Shown here: piece after piece, positions 49,821 to 59,811 of the stretch | Layout of the letters: each line of letters starts with the position of its first letter | Position numbering within the stretch: position 1 is the stretch's first letter | Notes under the pieces: generated by a model | What the model was told of the DNA's origin: nothing | Database searches by the model: none | Seen by the model: the letters and a program-made list of their open reading frames with translations, nothing else | Origin: Nostoc sp. | Lineage (GTDB): Bacteria > Cyanobacteriota > Cyanobacteriia > Cyanobacteriales > Nostocaceae | Direction of reading: 5' to 3' | DNA: 64,000 nt | Assembly: GCA_036918135.1 (NCBI GenBank) | Contig: JBALDB010000065.1 | Location: 1-64,000 of the forward strand | Position numbers and translations under genes: made by a program

Positions 49821-50180
49821 TTATGCAACAGCAAATTCTGAATCTTTCCTGAGTTCCTTAGACCGGAATCCTAGTACAATCCGATCCTTTGGTACACCTA
49901 CACTGACAAGTTCTGTAGCAATTCCCTCTTCAGTACCATCACGTTGAATCCAAATTTTACCATCAATAATATCAACGTGAATCAGACAGCCATGTACGCG
50001 GCGAGTCACAGTAGGAGACAAATCATAGGCTGGTTCTCTTCCCAATATCATCAACAGATAGCGGTCTTGTTCGCTGTCGAAAACTGTTTCAAATTGAATA
50101 TTGCCAGTACTGAACGGGATTTTTGTATGTTCAATCAGAATATTCCGAATTAAGTGCCTGTATTGCTCCAAGGTATCCAT
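49821..50180 (-). CDS. xisI: XisI family protein
   Basis: RVHGCLIHVDIIDGKIWIQRDGTEEGIA.ELV..GVPKDRIVLGF. Confidence 0.9.
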   Translation of the reverse strand: MDTLEQYRHLIRNILIEHTKIPFSTGNIQFETVFDSEQDRYLLMILGREPAYDLSPTVTRRVHGCLIHVDIIDGKIWIQRDGTEEGIATELVSVGVPKDRIVLGFRSKELRKDSEFAVA

Positions 50181-50584
50181 CTGAAAATAACCTCTTGCTC
50201 TAGCTGAAATACAACAACATTAACTTTGTAATCTTCTACTAAAAGTTTAGCAATTGGTTCATCAAAGATATCAGCGTATACTTCGTCACGAACGGCAAGA
50301 TAGAGGACACGTTCGGGATTGGTTCTAATCATTACAGAGCGGTATGCAAGATATTGTCCCAGCGCGTGTTCGAGATCCGTCATGTCTGAGACACTGCGAA
50401 ATGTTTTAATCTCAACAGCTATTCGTTGTCCTTCCTTTTCAGCAGCAATCAATTTCTCTGCACCCAAATCGACGTACATATCTCTTTTTCCCCACTTCAG
50501 ATGAAAGGGATCGTCGGTAATTGTCCAGCCATCTTTGATTAGGGCATTTTTGACGTTCTCGTGATAGCGGTCTCTAACTGGCAT
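50150..50584 (-). CDS. xisH: XisH family protein
   Basis: VKNALIKDGWTITDDP, VDLGAEKLIAAEK, IAVEIK, ALGQY, LYLAV. Confidence 0.9.
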   Translation of the reverse strand: MPVRDRYHENVKNALIKDGWTITDDPFHLKWGKRDMYVDLGAEKLIAAEKEGQRIAVEIKTFRSVSDMTDLEHALGQYLAYRSVMIRTNPERVLYLAVRDEVYADIFDEPIAKLLVEDYKVNVVVFQLEQEVIFRWIPWSNTGT

Positions 50585-50610
50585 ACATTACTTGAATTAC
50601 GAATTACAAA

Positions 50611-53076
50611 TTACAAATTAGTATCAGTGCCTTCAACTTTAGCCACTTCCACCATTGTCTTTAACACCGAATCTGGATTTAAACTAATAGAATCAATTCC
50701 TTGTTCAACTAAAAACTGAGCAAATTCTGGGTAATCGCTGGGTGCTTGTCCACAAATGCCGATTTTGCGATCGCATTTTTTGGCAGTTTCTATGGCCATT
50801 TTCACCATTCGCTTCACAGCTTCACTGCGTTCATCAAACAACCGTGCCACCAAGCCGGAATCTCTATCTAACCCCAGTGTTAACTGAGTTAGGTCATTGG
50901 AACCAATGGAAAAGCCATCAAATACCTCAGCAAACTCTTGGGCCATAATCACATTGCTGGGCAATTCGCACATTACGTAAACCTGCAAGTCGTTAACACC
51001 CTGCTTTAAATCATTCTTTGCCATTTCTGCTAACACTAACCGCCCTTCATCGGGAGTGCGACAAAAAGGTATCATTGGGATAACGTTTGTCAAACCCATT
51101 TCTTCCCGCACCCGCTTTAAGGCATGACATTCTAAGGCAAAAGCTTCTCTATAACCTTCATCATAGTAACGTGCCGCACCGCGCCAACCGAGCATCGGGT
51201 TTTCTTCATTGGGTTCAAATTGTTGACCGCCTAATAGATTTGCATATTCATTACTTTTAAAATCTGACATTCGCACAATCACTGGTTTCGGATAAAATGC
51301 TGCGGCAATTCTACCCACACCTTGGGCTAATTTATCCACAAAATATTGAGATTTATCCTCATAAAGTGCGGTAAGTTTAGCAATTTTATCTTTAACAAAT
51401 TCATCTTTTAACGAATCATGATGAATCAACGCCATTGGATGAACTTGGATTTGATTAGCAATAATAAATTCTGTCCGCGCTAAACCGACTCCATCGTTAG
51501 GAATTGCCGATAAACTCAATGCTTCTTGGGGATTACCCACATTCATTAAAATTTGCGTGCGGGTGCGGGGTAAATTCTCTAAGGCGACTTCTGCAACTTC
51601 AAAAGGTAATAAATCTGCGTAAACTTTTCCTTCTTCGCCTTCAGCACAAGAAATTGTGATTTCTTGACCGTTTTTTAAGACATCTGTAGCATTCCCACAT
51701 CCAACGATCGCAGGTACACCCAATTCTCGCGCAATAATTGCAGCGTGGCATGTCCTCCCACCAGAGTTGGTAACAATTGCACTGGCACGTTTCATAATTG
51801 GTTCCCAGTCGGGGTCAGTTCTTTCTGTTACTAAAACTTCCCCTGGTTGAAACTGTTCGAGTTTATGAACATCTAAAATTAAACGTACTTTTCCTTGACT
51901 AATTGCTTCTCCAACGGCGCGTCCGGTGAGAAGAGGAACTGGGGATTCCGAAGATTTTTCCCCAGTCCCTAATACTAACCGATAACTCCGCAGCACATTT
52001 CCAGTCTTCTGAGATTGGACGGTTTCAGGACGTGCTTGGACGATAAAAAGTTGGTCAGTTATTCCATCTTTTGCCCACTCGATATCCATTGGCGTGTAAA
52101 TGTCGTGGACTTGGGAATAATGGTCTTCAATTAAACACGTCCAAGTTGCTAGTTGTAAAATCTCTGCATCGCTGAGGGCGAATTTTCCTCTTTCTCTGAA
52201 AGGAACAGAGACATTTTTGGTAAATTTTGAGCCGTCATCATAAATCATTTTCAATTCTTTACTGCCCAATTTTTTATCGATAATTGGGCGAAAACCTGCT
52301 TTTAAAGTTGGTTTAAAAACATAATATTCATCGGGATTTACAGACCCTTGGACAACGTTTTCACCTAAACCGTAGGCAGCTGTAATTAGCGCTGCATCTT
52401 TAAAGCCGGTTTCTGTGTCAATGGAGAACATCACCCCAGAGGTTGCTAAGTCAGAACGCACCATTTTTTGGACGCCAACGGCAAGAGCAATGCTAAAGTG
52501 GTCAAATCCCTTGGTATGACGATAAGAAATAGCGCGATCGGTAAATAGGGAAGCAAAGCATTTATGGCAAGCTGCTAAAACTCCTTCCACACCAACAACA
52601 TTGAGGTAAGTTTCCTGTTGTCCGGCAAAACTCGCATCGGGGAGGTCTTCAGCAGTGGCGCTAGAACGGACTGCAACATCTGTCTCTGCATTGTAGCGAT
52701 CGCAAAGACTTTCATAAGCTGCGGCGATCGCATTTCGCAATTCTACAGGAAATGGGGTGTGGATTAATAGCGATCGCGCTTTTTTTCCCCGTTCGCGTAA
52801 ATTTTTCACATCCTCAACATCTAAGTCAGCAAATAAATCCCGCAGCTTTGCTTCTAATCCTGCTGATTGGATGAAATGACGATATGCATAAGCAGTAGTA
52901 GCAAATCCTGTCGGCACATTAATGCCTTTGGGCGTTAATTGTTGAATCATCTCCCCCAGTGATGCATTTTTCCCACCGACTAAGGGAATATCACTAATAC
53001 CAACTTCATCAAACCAAAGGACGAGCGATCGCTCTTTGACAGATTGAGCTAAAGTGCTTGGAGATACTATCGTCAT
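50611..53076 (-). CDS. ppsA: phosphoenolpyruvate synthase
   Basis: VGGKNASLGEM, VRSSATAED, QARPETV, GGRTCHAAI (phospho-His), SIGSNDLTQ, GICGQAPS. Confidence 0.96.
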   Translation of the reverse strand: MTIVSPSTLAQSVKERSLVLWFDEVGISDIPLVGGKNASLGEMIQQLTPKGINVPTGFATTAYAYRHFIQSAGLEAKLRDLFADLDVEDVKNLRERGKKARSLLIHTPFPVELRNAIAAAYESLCDRYNAETDVAVRSSATAEDLPDASFAGQQETYLNVVGVEGVLAACHKCFASLFTDRAISYRHTKGFDHFSIALAVGVQKMVRSDLATSGVMFSIDTETGFKDAALITAAYGLGENVVQGSVNPDEYYVFKPTLKAGFRPIIDKKLGSKELKMIYDDGSKFTKNVSVPFRERGKFALSDAEILQLATWTCLIEDHYSQVHDIYTPMDIEWAKDGITDQLFIVQARPETVQSQKTGNVLRSYRLVLGTGEKSSESPVPLLTGRAVGEAISQGKVRLILDVHKLEQFQPGEVLVTERTDPDWEPIMKRASAIVTNSGGRTCHAAIIARELGVPAIVGCGNATDVLKNGQEITISCAEGEEGKVYADLLPFEVAEVALENLPRTRTQILMNVGNPQEALSLSAIPNDGVGLARTEFIIANQIQVHPMALIHHDSLKDEFVKDKIAKLTALYEDKSQYFVDKLAQGVGRIAAAFYPKPVIVRMSDFKSNEYANLLGGQQFEPNEENPMLGWRGAARYYDEGYREAFALECHALKRVREEMGLTNVIPMIPFCRTPDEGRLVLAEMAKNDLKQGVNDLQVYVMCELPSNVIMAQEFAEVFDGFSIGSNDLTQLTLGLDRDSGLVARLFDERSEAVKRMVKMAIETAKKCDRKIGICGQAPSDYPEFAQFLVEQGIDSISLNPDSVLKTMVEVAKVEGTDTNL

Positions 53077-53128
53077 CTATATTACCTCTTGAGTTGATAT
53101 ATTATGAATGCCTAATTAGTAGTTTTAT

Positions 53129-53301
53129 ATCTTGCACCCGCTTAATCTCCCGCCAAGAAATAAATTTCACAGGCTTTTAGTCTAAGTCCACTGAAGTGGG
53201 CTGAGAAACATACTAATAACAGGGTTTAGTCTTCTTGAGAGGACTTTCGCTATTAGTTATAGGTTTCTAATCTATGACGGTTTTTGTAACTGGTGTCAGC
53301 T
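53129..53301. repeat. intergenic dispersed repeat / MITE-like element
   Basis: ATCTTGCACC ... GGTGTCAGCT degenerate ends; internal palindromes AGTCCACTGAAGTGGGCT and AGTCTTCTTGAGAGGACT. Confidence 0.45.
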
Positions 53302-53459
53302 TTCACTAGTATATTTTTCCCATATTCAATTTTAGATTTTGCCGCCAATACCCTCAGAGTAGCGTGATTTTAGATTGTGCAATTAAATGCCAAGCTATAG
53401 TTCAAAAATAACAATTATTCGAGATAATGGCTGTATTGCAATCCTAGATACAATTTACA

Positions 53460-53864
53460 ATGGCGCAATTAGAAAGACTCCTGCTGATGGCAGAAGACGA
53501 GCTAACTGAGTACAGTACTGATGCTCGCAAAATGGAAAAACTACGCCGTAAAATAGGTTTATCAGTATCGGCAGCCGAACAGCAGCAAGTTAAAGAGGCA
53601 TTATTAGCTACAAATAAATCTAATATCATTACTCAAATTGTCGAAGAACAAAGACAAACCGTAGCCTTACCATTTTGGGGAATTGCTGGGTTAGGTTTGT
53701 TGCTGGGAATTTCTTTAAATCAACCCATAGGCTTGTTAGCTGCTATAGCTGGAACTGTATCAGCTTACAGAATTCAGAAATGGGGTTGGCAATTGCAAGC
53801 AAGGCGTTTATTATTACAAACTTTGGAAGATATTGAAGCGCGGGTTGCTCAACCGAATAAATGA
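53460..53864 (+). CDS. conserved cyanobacterial membrane hypothetical protein
   Basis: 134-aa ORF with two TM helices near the C-terminus. Confidence 0.75.
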   Translation: MAQLERLLLMAEDELTEYSTDARKMEKLRRKIGLSVSAAEQQQVKEALLATNKSNIITQIVEEQRQTVALPFWGIAGLGLLLGISLNQPIGLLAAIAGTVSAYRIQKWGWQLQARRLLLQTLEDIEARVAQPNK

Positions 53865-54144
53865 TAAGTAAATCGAGAAGAATAAACTTAACTATATTAA
53901 TAAATATAAATACACTTGATTGGGCTAATTATTAAGACACAAACAGACTTTTAAGCCTGTTACCTATGGGTATATGTCATGTAAAGGAGAACCGCTATAT
54001 TAATCAAATAGAAAAGGGTGCGATGCTCCTCGCCCCCTTGCCTCACGCACGATTATCATTTTCATTAAAACTCTTTTGAGTATTTTAACTGGTTGACAAA
54101 ATGTGCTTTATTTTAACCTTTGACCAATCGTTGGGACTACGGAA

Positions 54145-55125
54145 TTAGGTTTTAAATTGAGAGATTTGACGACGGCGGGAAATAAAGTAAACTCCCAATA
54201 AAGCTAGCCCTCCCAAAGTTGTAGGTTCTGGAACACAATTCTTTTCAGGAGTAACATGTGGAATTTTAATAGGAACATATGGAGTTTCATCTACAACAGA
54301 TGGAATATTAGGAACATACGGAGGTTCAATTACAATAGGTGGAGTTTTAACTGGAGCAGGTGGAGTTTTAACGTCTTTGGGACAATTAGCTGAGCTACCT
54401 TGATTCAAAATTCCTAAGGTTGCATTGGCGTCTAAACAGATACCTACTGTGGCGAAATCTCCAATTCCTACTCCCAAGTTGGCTTGTGCATCAGCTTGAG
54501 TACTTTGTTGATTGCTTTGAATTCCCAGCGCAGCTTCACCAGTGATTTTGACAAACTCTGTTGGGTTATCTAAAGATGGTAGCTTAATTTGACTTGGGTC
54601 TACTTTTGCAGTTGTTATAGAATCGGTTGAAGCTCCTGCTACTTGACCAACGGTAGTATTAGTTGTCTCTTGGACAAGAGCTGTAACATTTTTTCCAACT
54701 TCAACATTACCAGTGGTTTTGCTTGCACTTTCTACAACTGGAGTAACTGGAGTTTTGCTTGCACTTTCTACAACTGGAGTAACTGGAGTTTTGCTTGCAC
54801 TTTCTACAACTGGAGTAACCGGAGTTTTGCTTGCACTTTCTACTACTGGAGTAACTGGAGTTTTACTTGCACTTTCTACTACTGGAGTAACTGGAGTCTT
54901 GCTTGCGCTTTCTACTACTGGAGTAACTGGAGTTTTGCTTGCACTTTCTACAACTGGAGTAACTAAAGTCTTGCTTGCGCTTTCTACTACTGGAGTAACT
55001 GGAGTCTTTGTAACTGTTTTTGTTAAACTATTCAAATCAATAGCTGAAGCAGGTGTGATAGAAGAACATACTCCAAGCAAACTAACGAAAATAATTAAAG
55101 CGTTAGTAGAAATTTGCTTATTCAT
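54145..55125 (-). CDS. PEP-CTERM sorting-domain surface protein with a 12-aa repeat region (start probably ATG 55125)
   Basis: Signal peptide ending PASA; C-terminal VPEPTTLGGLALLGVYFISRRR; CAGGAG RBS. Confidence 0.88.
   Translation of the reverse strand: MNKQISTNALIIFVSLLGVCSSITPASAIDLNSLTKTVTKTPVTPVVESASKTLVTPVVESASKTPVTPVVESASKTPVTPVVESASKTPVTPVVESASKTPVTPVVESASKTPVTPVVESASKTPVTPVVESASKTTGNVEVGKNVTALVQETTNTTVGQVAGASTDSITTAKVDPSQIKLPSLDNPTEFVKITGEAALGIQSNQQSTQADAQANLGVGIGDFATVGICLDANATLGILNQGSSANCPKDVKTPPAPVKTPPIVIEPPYVPNIPSVVDETPYVPIKIPHVTPEKNCVPEPTTLGGLALLGVYFISRRRQISQFKT
54716..55008 (-). repeat. 36-bp coding tandem repeat x8 (TPVTPVVESASK)
   Basis: GCTTGCACTTTCTAC(A/T)ACTGGAGTAACTGGAGTTTT at period 36. 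Confidence 0.95.
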
Positions 55126-55522
55126 TGGTAACTCCTGGGAAAATCTAGGGTTTGTTTCGACTCTCATACTAGTAAGTCTCAATAGCACTTGAAAGTCGCG
55201 ATTTTACCAGTTTTCTTAATTGACATTTAATTGATGAAATAACGGCTATTTGATTTTGATTTGATGAAGCTTTAACAATATCAATATTATTGTCGGCAGT
55301 ATTAATACGATAAATGTATTTGATCGGAAAAACATCTATGTAATTTTGCTATAAATCACTTATAAAAATTAGCAAAACAAAGGCGATCGCATTATCAGAT
55401 TACTGGGTTTTGCAGGCACAATCCGAATTACCTGCACTCCTAGAGTGTAGATCTATCCTTAAATCCAACTTAGATAACGCCGATAATTTATCTTTTGGGT
55501 TTAACTCAACCGTCTTGCAATC

Positions 55523-55634
55523 AAGACTTATGCACTGAGATCCCCCAACCCCCTTAAAAAGGGAAACTTCTAAAGCCCCCTTTTTAAGGGGGTAGTGGGG
55601 GGATCTAGGTTTCAGGCTTCAGTGCGTAAGTCTT
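55523..55634. mobile_element. MITE-like element, about 110 bp
   Basis: TIRs AAGACTTATGCACTGA / TCAGTGCGTAAGTCTT around CCCCTTAAAAAGGG palindromes. Confidence 0.7.
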
Positions 55635-55815
55635 AGCAATAAAGACCGCATGACCTGGCGATAGTTTGTATTCACCATAACTACAGGTAGTTTGAACCTC
55701 AAAGCCTAGTTGCTGGAGTTCATTTGTAATAGTTGCTGTGTTGTCCGGGAAGCAAGCTACATTGTTCAACCCAACCTACGCAGTTAAGCTCATTCATATA
55801 TTATAGTAAAAATAA

Positions 55816-55980
55816 TTGGATGAATGCGCGGCGAAGTATCGCAGGTTTTGTCAGAAATATGAGCGCAAGCAAAGTCTGAGAAAAGGAATTATTGGGGTAG
55901 TAGCTTTTTACCGTCGATGACTAAGGCTGGTAAGGGTAAAAAGTCATCGTTTGGGCAAATGAGTTTACCTTGGAATAACC
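55816..55980 (+). pseudogene. frameshifted fragment resembling the C-terminus of a cyanobacterial IS200/RAYT-like transposase
   Basis: LDECAAKYRRFCQKY, then after a 1-nt shift KSEKRNYWGSSFL...GKGKKSSFGQMSLPW. Family assigned from memory only. Confidence 0.4.
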
Positions 55981-56300
55981 AGAAAGTAACTAACTTGCTT
56001 CGCACAGCAGGGCATGATGTAATCACTATCAATGAAATAGGTTTAGGAAGTTGCCCGGATTTAACCGTATTTAATTACGCTAGGCAACAAGGGCTAGTGG
56101 TGCTGACTCGCAACTGTGATGACTTTGAGCAACTTCATCAAGCTGAGCCAGTTCATCCAGGTATTTTGGCAGTCTATATAAACTCGGACTCATCAAAAAA
56201 TATGAGCTATCGGTCAATTGCAGCAATCTCCAATCTTGAGGTGATGAGCTATGTACTTAAAAACCAGTTCGTTATTCTCAATCAATGGAATTATTTACTT
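55981..56300 (+). pseudogene. DUF5615/PIN-like protein remnant lacking its N-terminal catalytic strand
   Basis: LRTAGHDV, PD..VF.YA, VLTRNCDDF, HPGIL; no N-terminal LLDE motif; reads through into the convergent TPR gene. Confidence 0.55.
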
Positions 56301-58060
56301 CTCCCCATTTCCACCCTAACTTTTTCTAAATTCTCCCGCATCGTCACATACCGAACATGCTCAACCCCCCAAACTCGCTCACAAATTCCTAAAGCTTCCA
56401 AATAAAGAGATTCTGCCTCACTATAACGCCCCGTTGCCCGATAAATTTCAGCCAAATTGTTCAGACTTTCTGCAACATGAGGATGATTTTCTCCCAACAA
56501 CAGCTTATCAAGTTCTAAGGCTTTGATACATAAAGTTTCCGCTTCCTTGTAGCGTCCCTGTTCTCTATACAAATAACCTAAAGCATAGATAGTATCTGCT
56601 AAAAGCGGATGCGCCTTTTGTAATACACGCTGCTTCAGTTCCAAAGATTGTAAAAATAAAGATTCGGCTTCATTGTAGCGTCCTTGAGCGCGGTAGATTA
56701 AACCTAAATTGTGCAAATCTGTCGCCACATCAGGACTTTCTTCTCCTAAAAATTGCTTATCTAATTCTATTGCTTGTTGTGACAAAGGTTCAGCTTCACT
56801 GTAGCGTCCTTGATGATAATAAAGTAGGGCTAAATTATTCAATATTAGAGCCACAGAAGGATGATTTTCGCCGAGCAAACTTTTGGCGATTTCTAGCGAT
56901 CGCAAATACAAAGGTTCTGCATCATCATAACGTCCTTGTTCGTCATATAATAATGCCAAATTATTCAGACTAGCAACAACATCAGCATGATTTTCTCCCA
57001 ATAAGCGTTTTCTCAGTTCCAAAGCTTGTTGATAGAGAAGTTCTGCTTTACTATATTGTCCCGTAGATTTATAAATTCCTGCTAAATTATTCAGGCTAGT
57101 AGCGAAAGCAGAATGGTTTTCTCCTAACAAACGTTTTATTAATTGCAAAGCTTGTTGATATAGTGGTTCTGCTTCGCTGTAACGTCCTGTTGCACGATAT
57201 AATCCTGCTAAATTGTTCAAATTAGCAGCTAAATCTATTTGCAAACCTAATTCATTTTGCAATTCAATCGCTTGACGCCAATACTTGATTGCTAGTTCTT
57301 GTTCTTCTTGATAATTCTGAGACTCACCGCGTTCTAATCTGCTGCGGTAAATATCGCCCAATCTTGAGTATAAAGTAGCCAAACTGGGGTCTTTAGTTCC
57401 TCGTTGCTGTTGAATATTTTCAATTAGCCTTCGTAAATCTTGGATAGGTAAGGAAAAGTGGTTATTTTCATTAGTATCTGTACTGGCTAATTCTGTATCT
57501 CGAAAAACAAAGCGTATAGGTTCTAATTCTTTTCCAGCAATAGCATTGGTTTTTTTAGATGCAAACCGAAATACACCGTTACGCCAACTCCAAAAATCAG
57601 GAGCTTTTTTGCTCAAGTTAATTAAAATTTGATTAGTTACCCAAAGGACAATTGCAAAAGGAAAATCGCGCAATCCTTCCCTCGTCCACTGTAGGTAACC
57701 AAAAAATTTTTCCTGTTCTGATTGTTCGTTTCCTAATCTGAGAAAATAAAGTTGTTCAGCACCCATTACAGTAATTACCGTTGGCTGACGCTGACGCAGA
57801 TATTCTTCTTGTTCTACCAGTTGGTTGAGAGCAGCTTTCAAACTCGGTTCAGGACGTGCTAAAATCACTCGATATGCACGAAAATTAGGTTGAAGTTCGG
57901 CTTCATATCGAGTAATAATTTCATCACGAAAGTTAGGATCGTCGCAAACTGCAATTAGTAAATTTAATCCCTGCGTTTGAGCTTCAATAGAAACAATTAA
58001 ATCATCATACGCATCTTGATTTTCTCCTTCATCATCTAAAAAATCTTCATCGAACATCAA
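56291..58060 (-). CDS. tetratricopeptide-repeat protein (kinesin-light-chain-like TPRs) with an N-terminal degenerate ATPase-like domain
   Basis: About 7 repeats of A.SLNNLA.LY..QGRY.EAE.LY..ALE; N-terminal LQWTRE...VLWV...APDFWSWR. Confidence 0.88.
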   Translation of the reverse strand: MMFDEDFLDDEGENQDAYDDLIVSIEAQTQGLNLLIAVCDDPNFRDEIITRYEAELQPNFRAYRVILARPEPSLKAALNQLVEQEEYLRQRQPTVITVMGAEQLYFLRLGNEQSEQEKFFGYLQWTREGLRDFPFAIVLWVTNQILINLSKKAPDFWSWRNGVFRFASKKTNAIAGKELEPIRFVFRDTELASTDTNENNHFSLPIQDLRRLIENIQQQRGTKDPSLATLYSRLGDIYRSRLERGESQNYQEEQELAIKYWRQAIELQNELGLQIDLAANLNNLAGLYRATGRYSEAEPLYQQALQLIKRLLGENHSAFATSLNNLAGIYKSTGQYSKAELLYQQALELRKRLLGENHADVVASLNNLALLYDEQGRYDDAEPLYLRSLEIAKSLLGENHPSVALILNNLALLYYHQGRYSEAEPLSQQAIELDKQFLGEESPDVATDLHNLGLIYRAQGRYNEAESLFLQSLELKQRVLQKAHPLLADTIYALGYLYREQGRYKEAETLCIKALELDKLLLGENHPHVAESLNNLAEIYRATGRYSEAESLYLEALGICERVWGVEHVRYVTMRENLEKVRVEMGRSK

Positions 58061-59339
58061 TAGCTCCCTGTCTGCTCAAACTTTCTATAATAATTGGATG
58101 AACATCGTACCATGTTTCTTCAGTGCGATATTCTAGAACGTATAAACCATGTAGCAAATCTAAAAACTCAGCTTGTTTGGGATCGTTGGGCATAAATTGT
58201 TCATAAACAGTTTGCAAAATGTCTATATCAACTTTTCCTAAACGTATAGAAAAATCATTACGAATTTTATTAATAGCTTGAGTGAGAATTGCATCGTTAA
58301 TGATAACTTCAGCAGTCGGATTTCGGCGAATCATCCGCAAACAAATACGGCAACATTCTTTAGAAATGCGAATTAACTCTCGCAATACACCACCACTGTA
58401 AATCACAATTTTTTCAGCAGTTTGTGGTAAGATTAATTCTACAGAAATTCGTTTGCATAAAACTTCACCGAGAATCTTTGTCGCTTCCAGACGCGGTTGA
58501 GTATTAGGAAAGCGATTTTTACCTTTTTCAAAGATTTTGAGAACTGGCATTGCTACAATTTGGTCATTAGTTTCTGTAGCAATTATTGTACTGATAAATG
58601 TTTCTCGAAGTACAGCAATTGGTATAGTGTAAATAATCCGAAAATTAGGTTGACAAAGAGCTTTAATATTATCTTTGTAAATTTCGTTAACTCTGCTTAA
58701 ATCGAGTTTATCTAAATCATCAATAATGACTAAGATATCTTGTTTAGTAGCAACTTGAATCAAAGCAGCAATTTCGTTAATTCTTGCAACTAAATCGGAT
58801 ATTTGGCGTTCAAACTCTTGCTTGATTTCATCCCGAACGGTAGCATCAGCTTTTAATTTAGAGCTAATCAACTTAAGAAGGTTAAAACCTATCTCTGCTT
58901 CGGCGTGCCAATTGTATTCTTCAGTGCGAGTGCGAGTAGCAAACCATTTATAAAGAGCTTCTTTAGTAGTTTGAGGAATATCAACTCGGCGTGCTTCTGC
59001 CTCTGACATTAGATTAACTGCAATAGCAAATAGAATATTAATATGGTTAACTGCTGACATTTCAATTTTGTCAGCAATAGAAAATAGAACTACAAAATAC
59101 TTATTTTGAATTTGTCTGCTAAACTCAGCCAACAAAGTTGACTTACCACAACCACGATGTCCTGTAAAGACAATTTTACTATCTCCATTAGGACTGTCTT
59201 CAACTAATTGGTTGAGGTCTGCTATCAAATCATCACCATATTCGACTCTAAATTTTTCCATTTCGTTCTGTTCCATTAACGGAAACAGTTCGAGATTGCT
59301 GTATGCTGACTGAAAGGAAATTAATAAGTCTTTAGACAT
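58047..59339 (-). CDS. P-loop ATP-binding protein (AAA/KAP-like)
   Basis: Walker A GHRGCGKST, Walker B LVIIDDLDK, SGGVLRELI, WYDVHP; overlaps the TPR gene start. Confidence 0.85.
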   Translation of the reverse strand: MSKDLLISFQSAYSNLELFPLMEQNEMEKFRVEYGDDLIADLNQLVEDSPNGDSKIVFTGHRGCGKSTLLAEFSRQIQNKYFVVLFSIADKIEMSAVNHINILFAIAVNLMSEAEARRVDIPQTTKEALYKWFATRTRTEEYNWHAEAEIGFNLLKLISSKLKADATVRDEIKQEFERQISDLVARINEIAALIQVATKQDILVIIDDLDKLDLSRVNEIYKDNIKALCQPNFRIIYTIPIAVLRETFISTIIATETNDQIVAMPVLKIFEKGKNRFPNTQPRLEATKILGEVLCKRISVELILPQTAEKIVIYSGGVLRELIRISKECCRICLRMIRRNPTAEVIINDAILTQAINKIRNDFSIRLGKVDIDILQTVYEQFMPNDPKQAEFLDLLHGLYVLEYRTEETWYDVHPIIIESLSRQGAIDVR

Positions 59340-59811
59340 TGGATAGTGCCATAAAAAAGCTAACTATTCATATAATGCCTCATCCTTTTTGTAGTAAAAG
59401 CTTAGCTGATGTCTAGAACAGAGTACGTCTATCAAATCTCTCAAATTTCATCAAAAAATGACTACTAGGTAAGTGATTGATTATGTTTTAAAAATTAATG
59501 CTATCTTCCCTAAATACCAACGAAAAATAGGTAATAGATGTGAAAAATAAATAATTTTGAATGATAGATTATACATTGATTATTTAATTATTTACAGTAA
59601 AAGATACATATCAAATAGTGAAAGTTACTTAACTGAGAAAGAAAATAAAATTTTCAATTATAAAAGTAAATTTTTAATGTACTTCACCTCACTAGGGCGA
59701 AATGTCACTTATTTAAAGCCATTTTTAAGTAAATAGACTATGCTGGAGGACGATATCAGTTACAACACTGCTAAAATAAATCCATAACTATATTGATGCC
59801 CTATCCATTCT

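Noticed and set aside
54643..55192. Plus-strand repeat ORFs (ACTFYNWSNWSF)n and (LLALSTTGVTGV)n that look like RiPP precursors
   Set aside because: They are antisense shadows of the 36-bp repeat in the PEP-CTERM gene and have no leader or modifying genes nearby.
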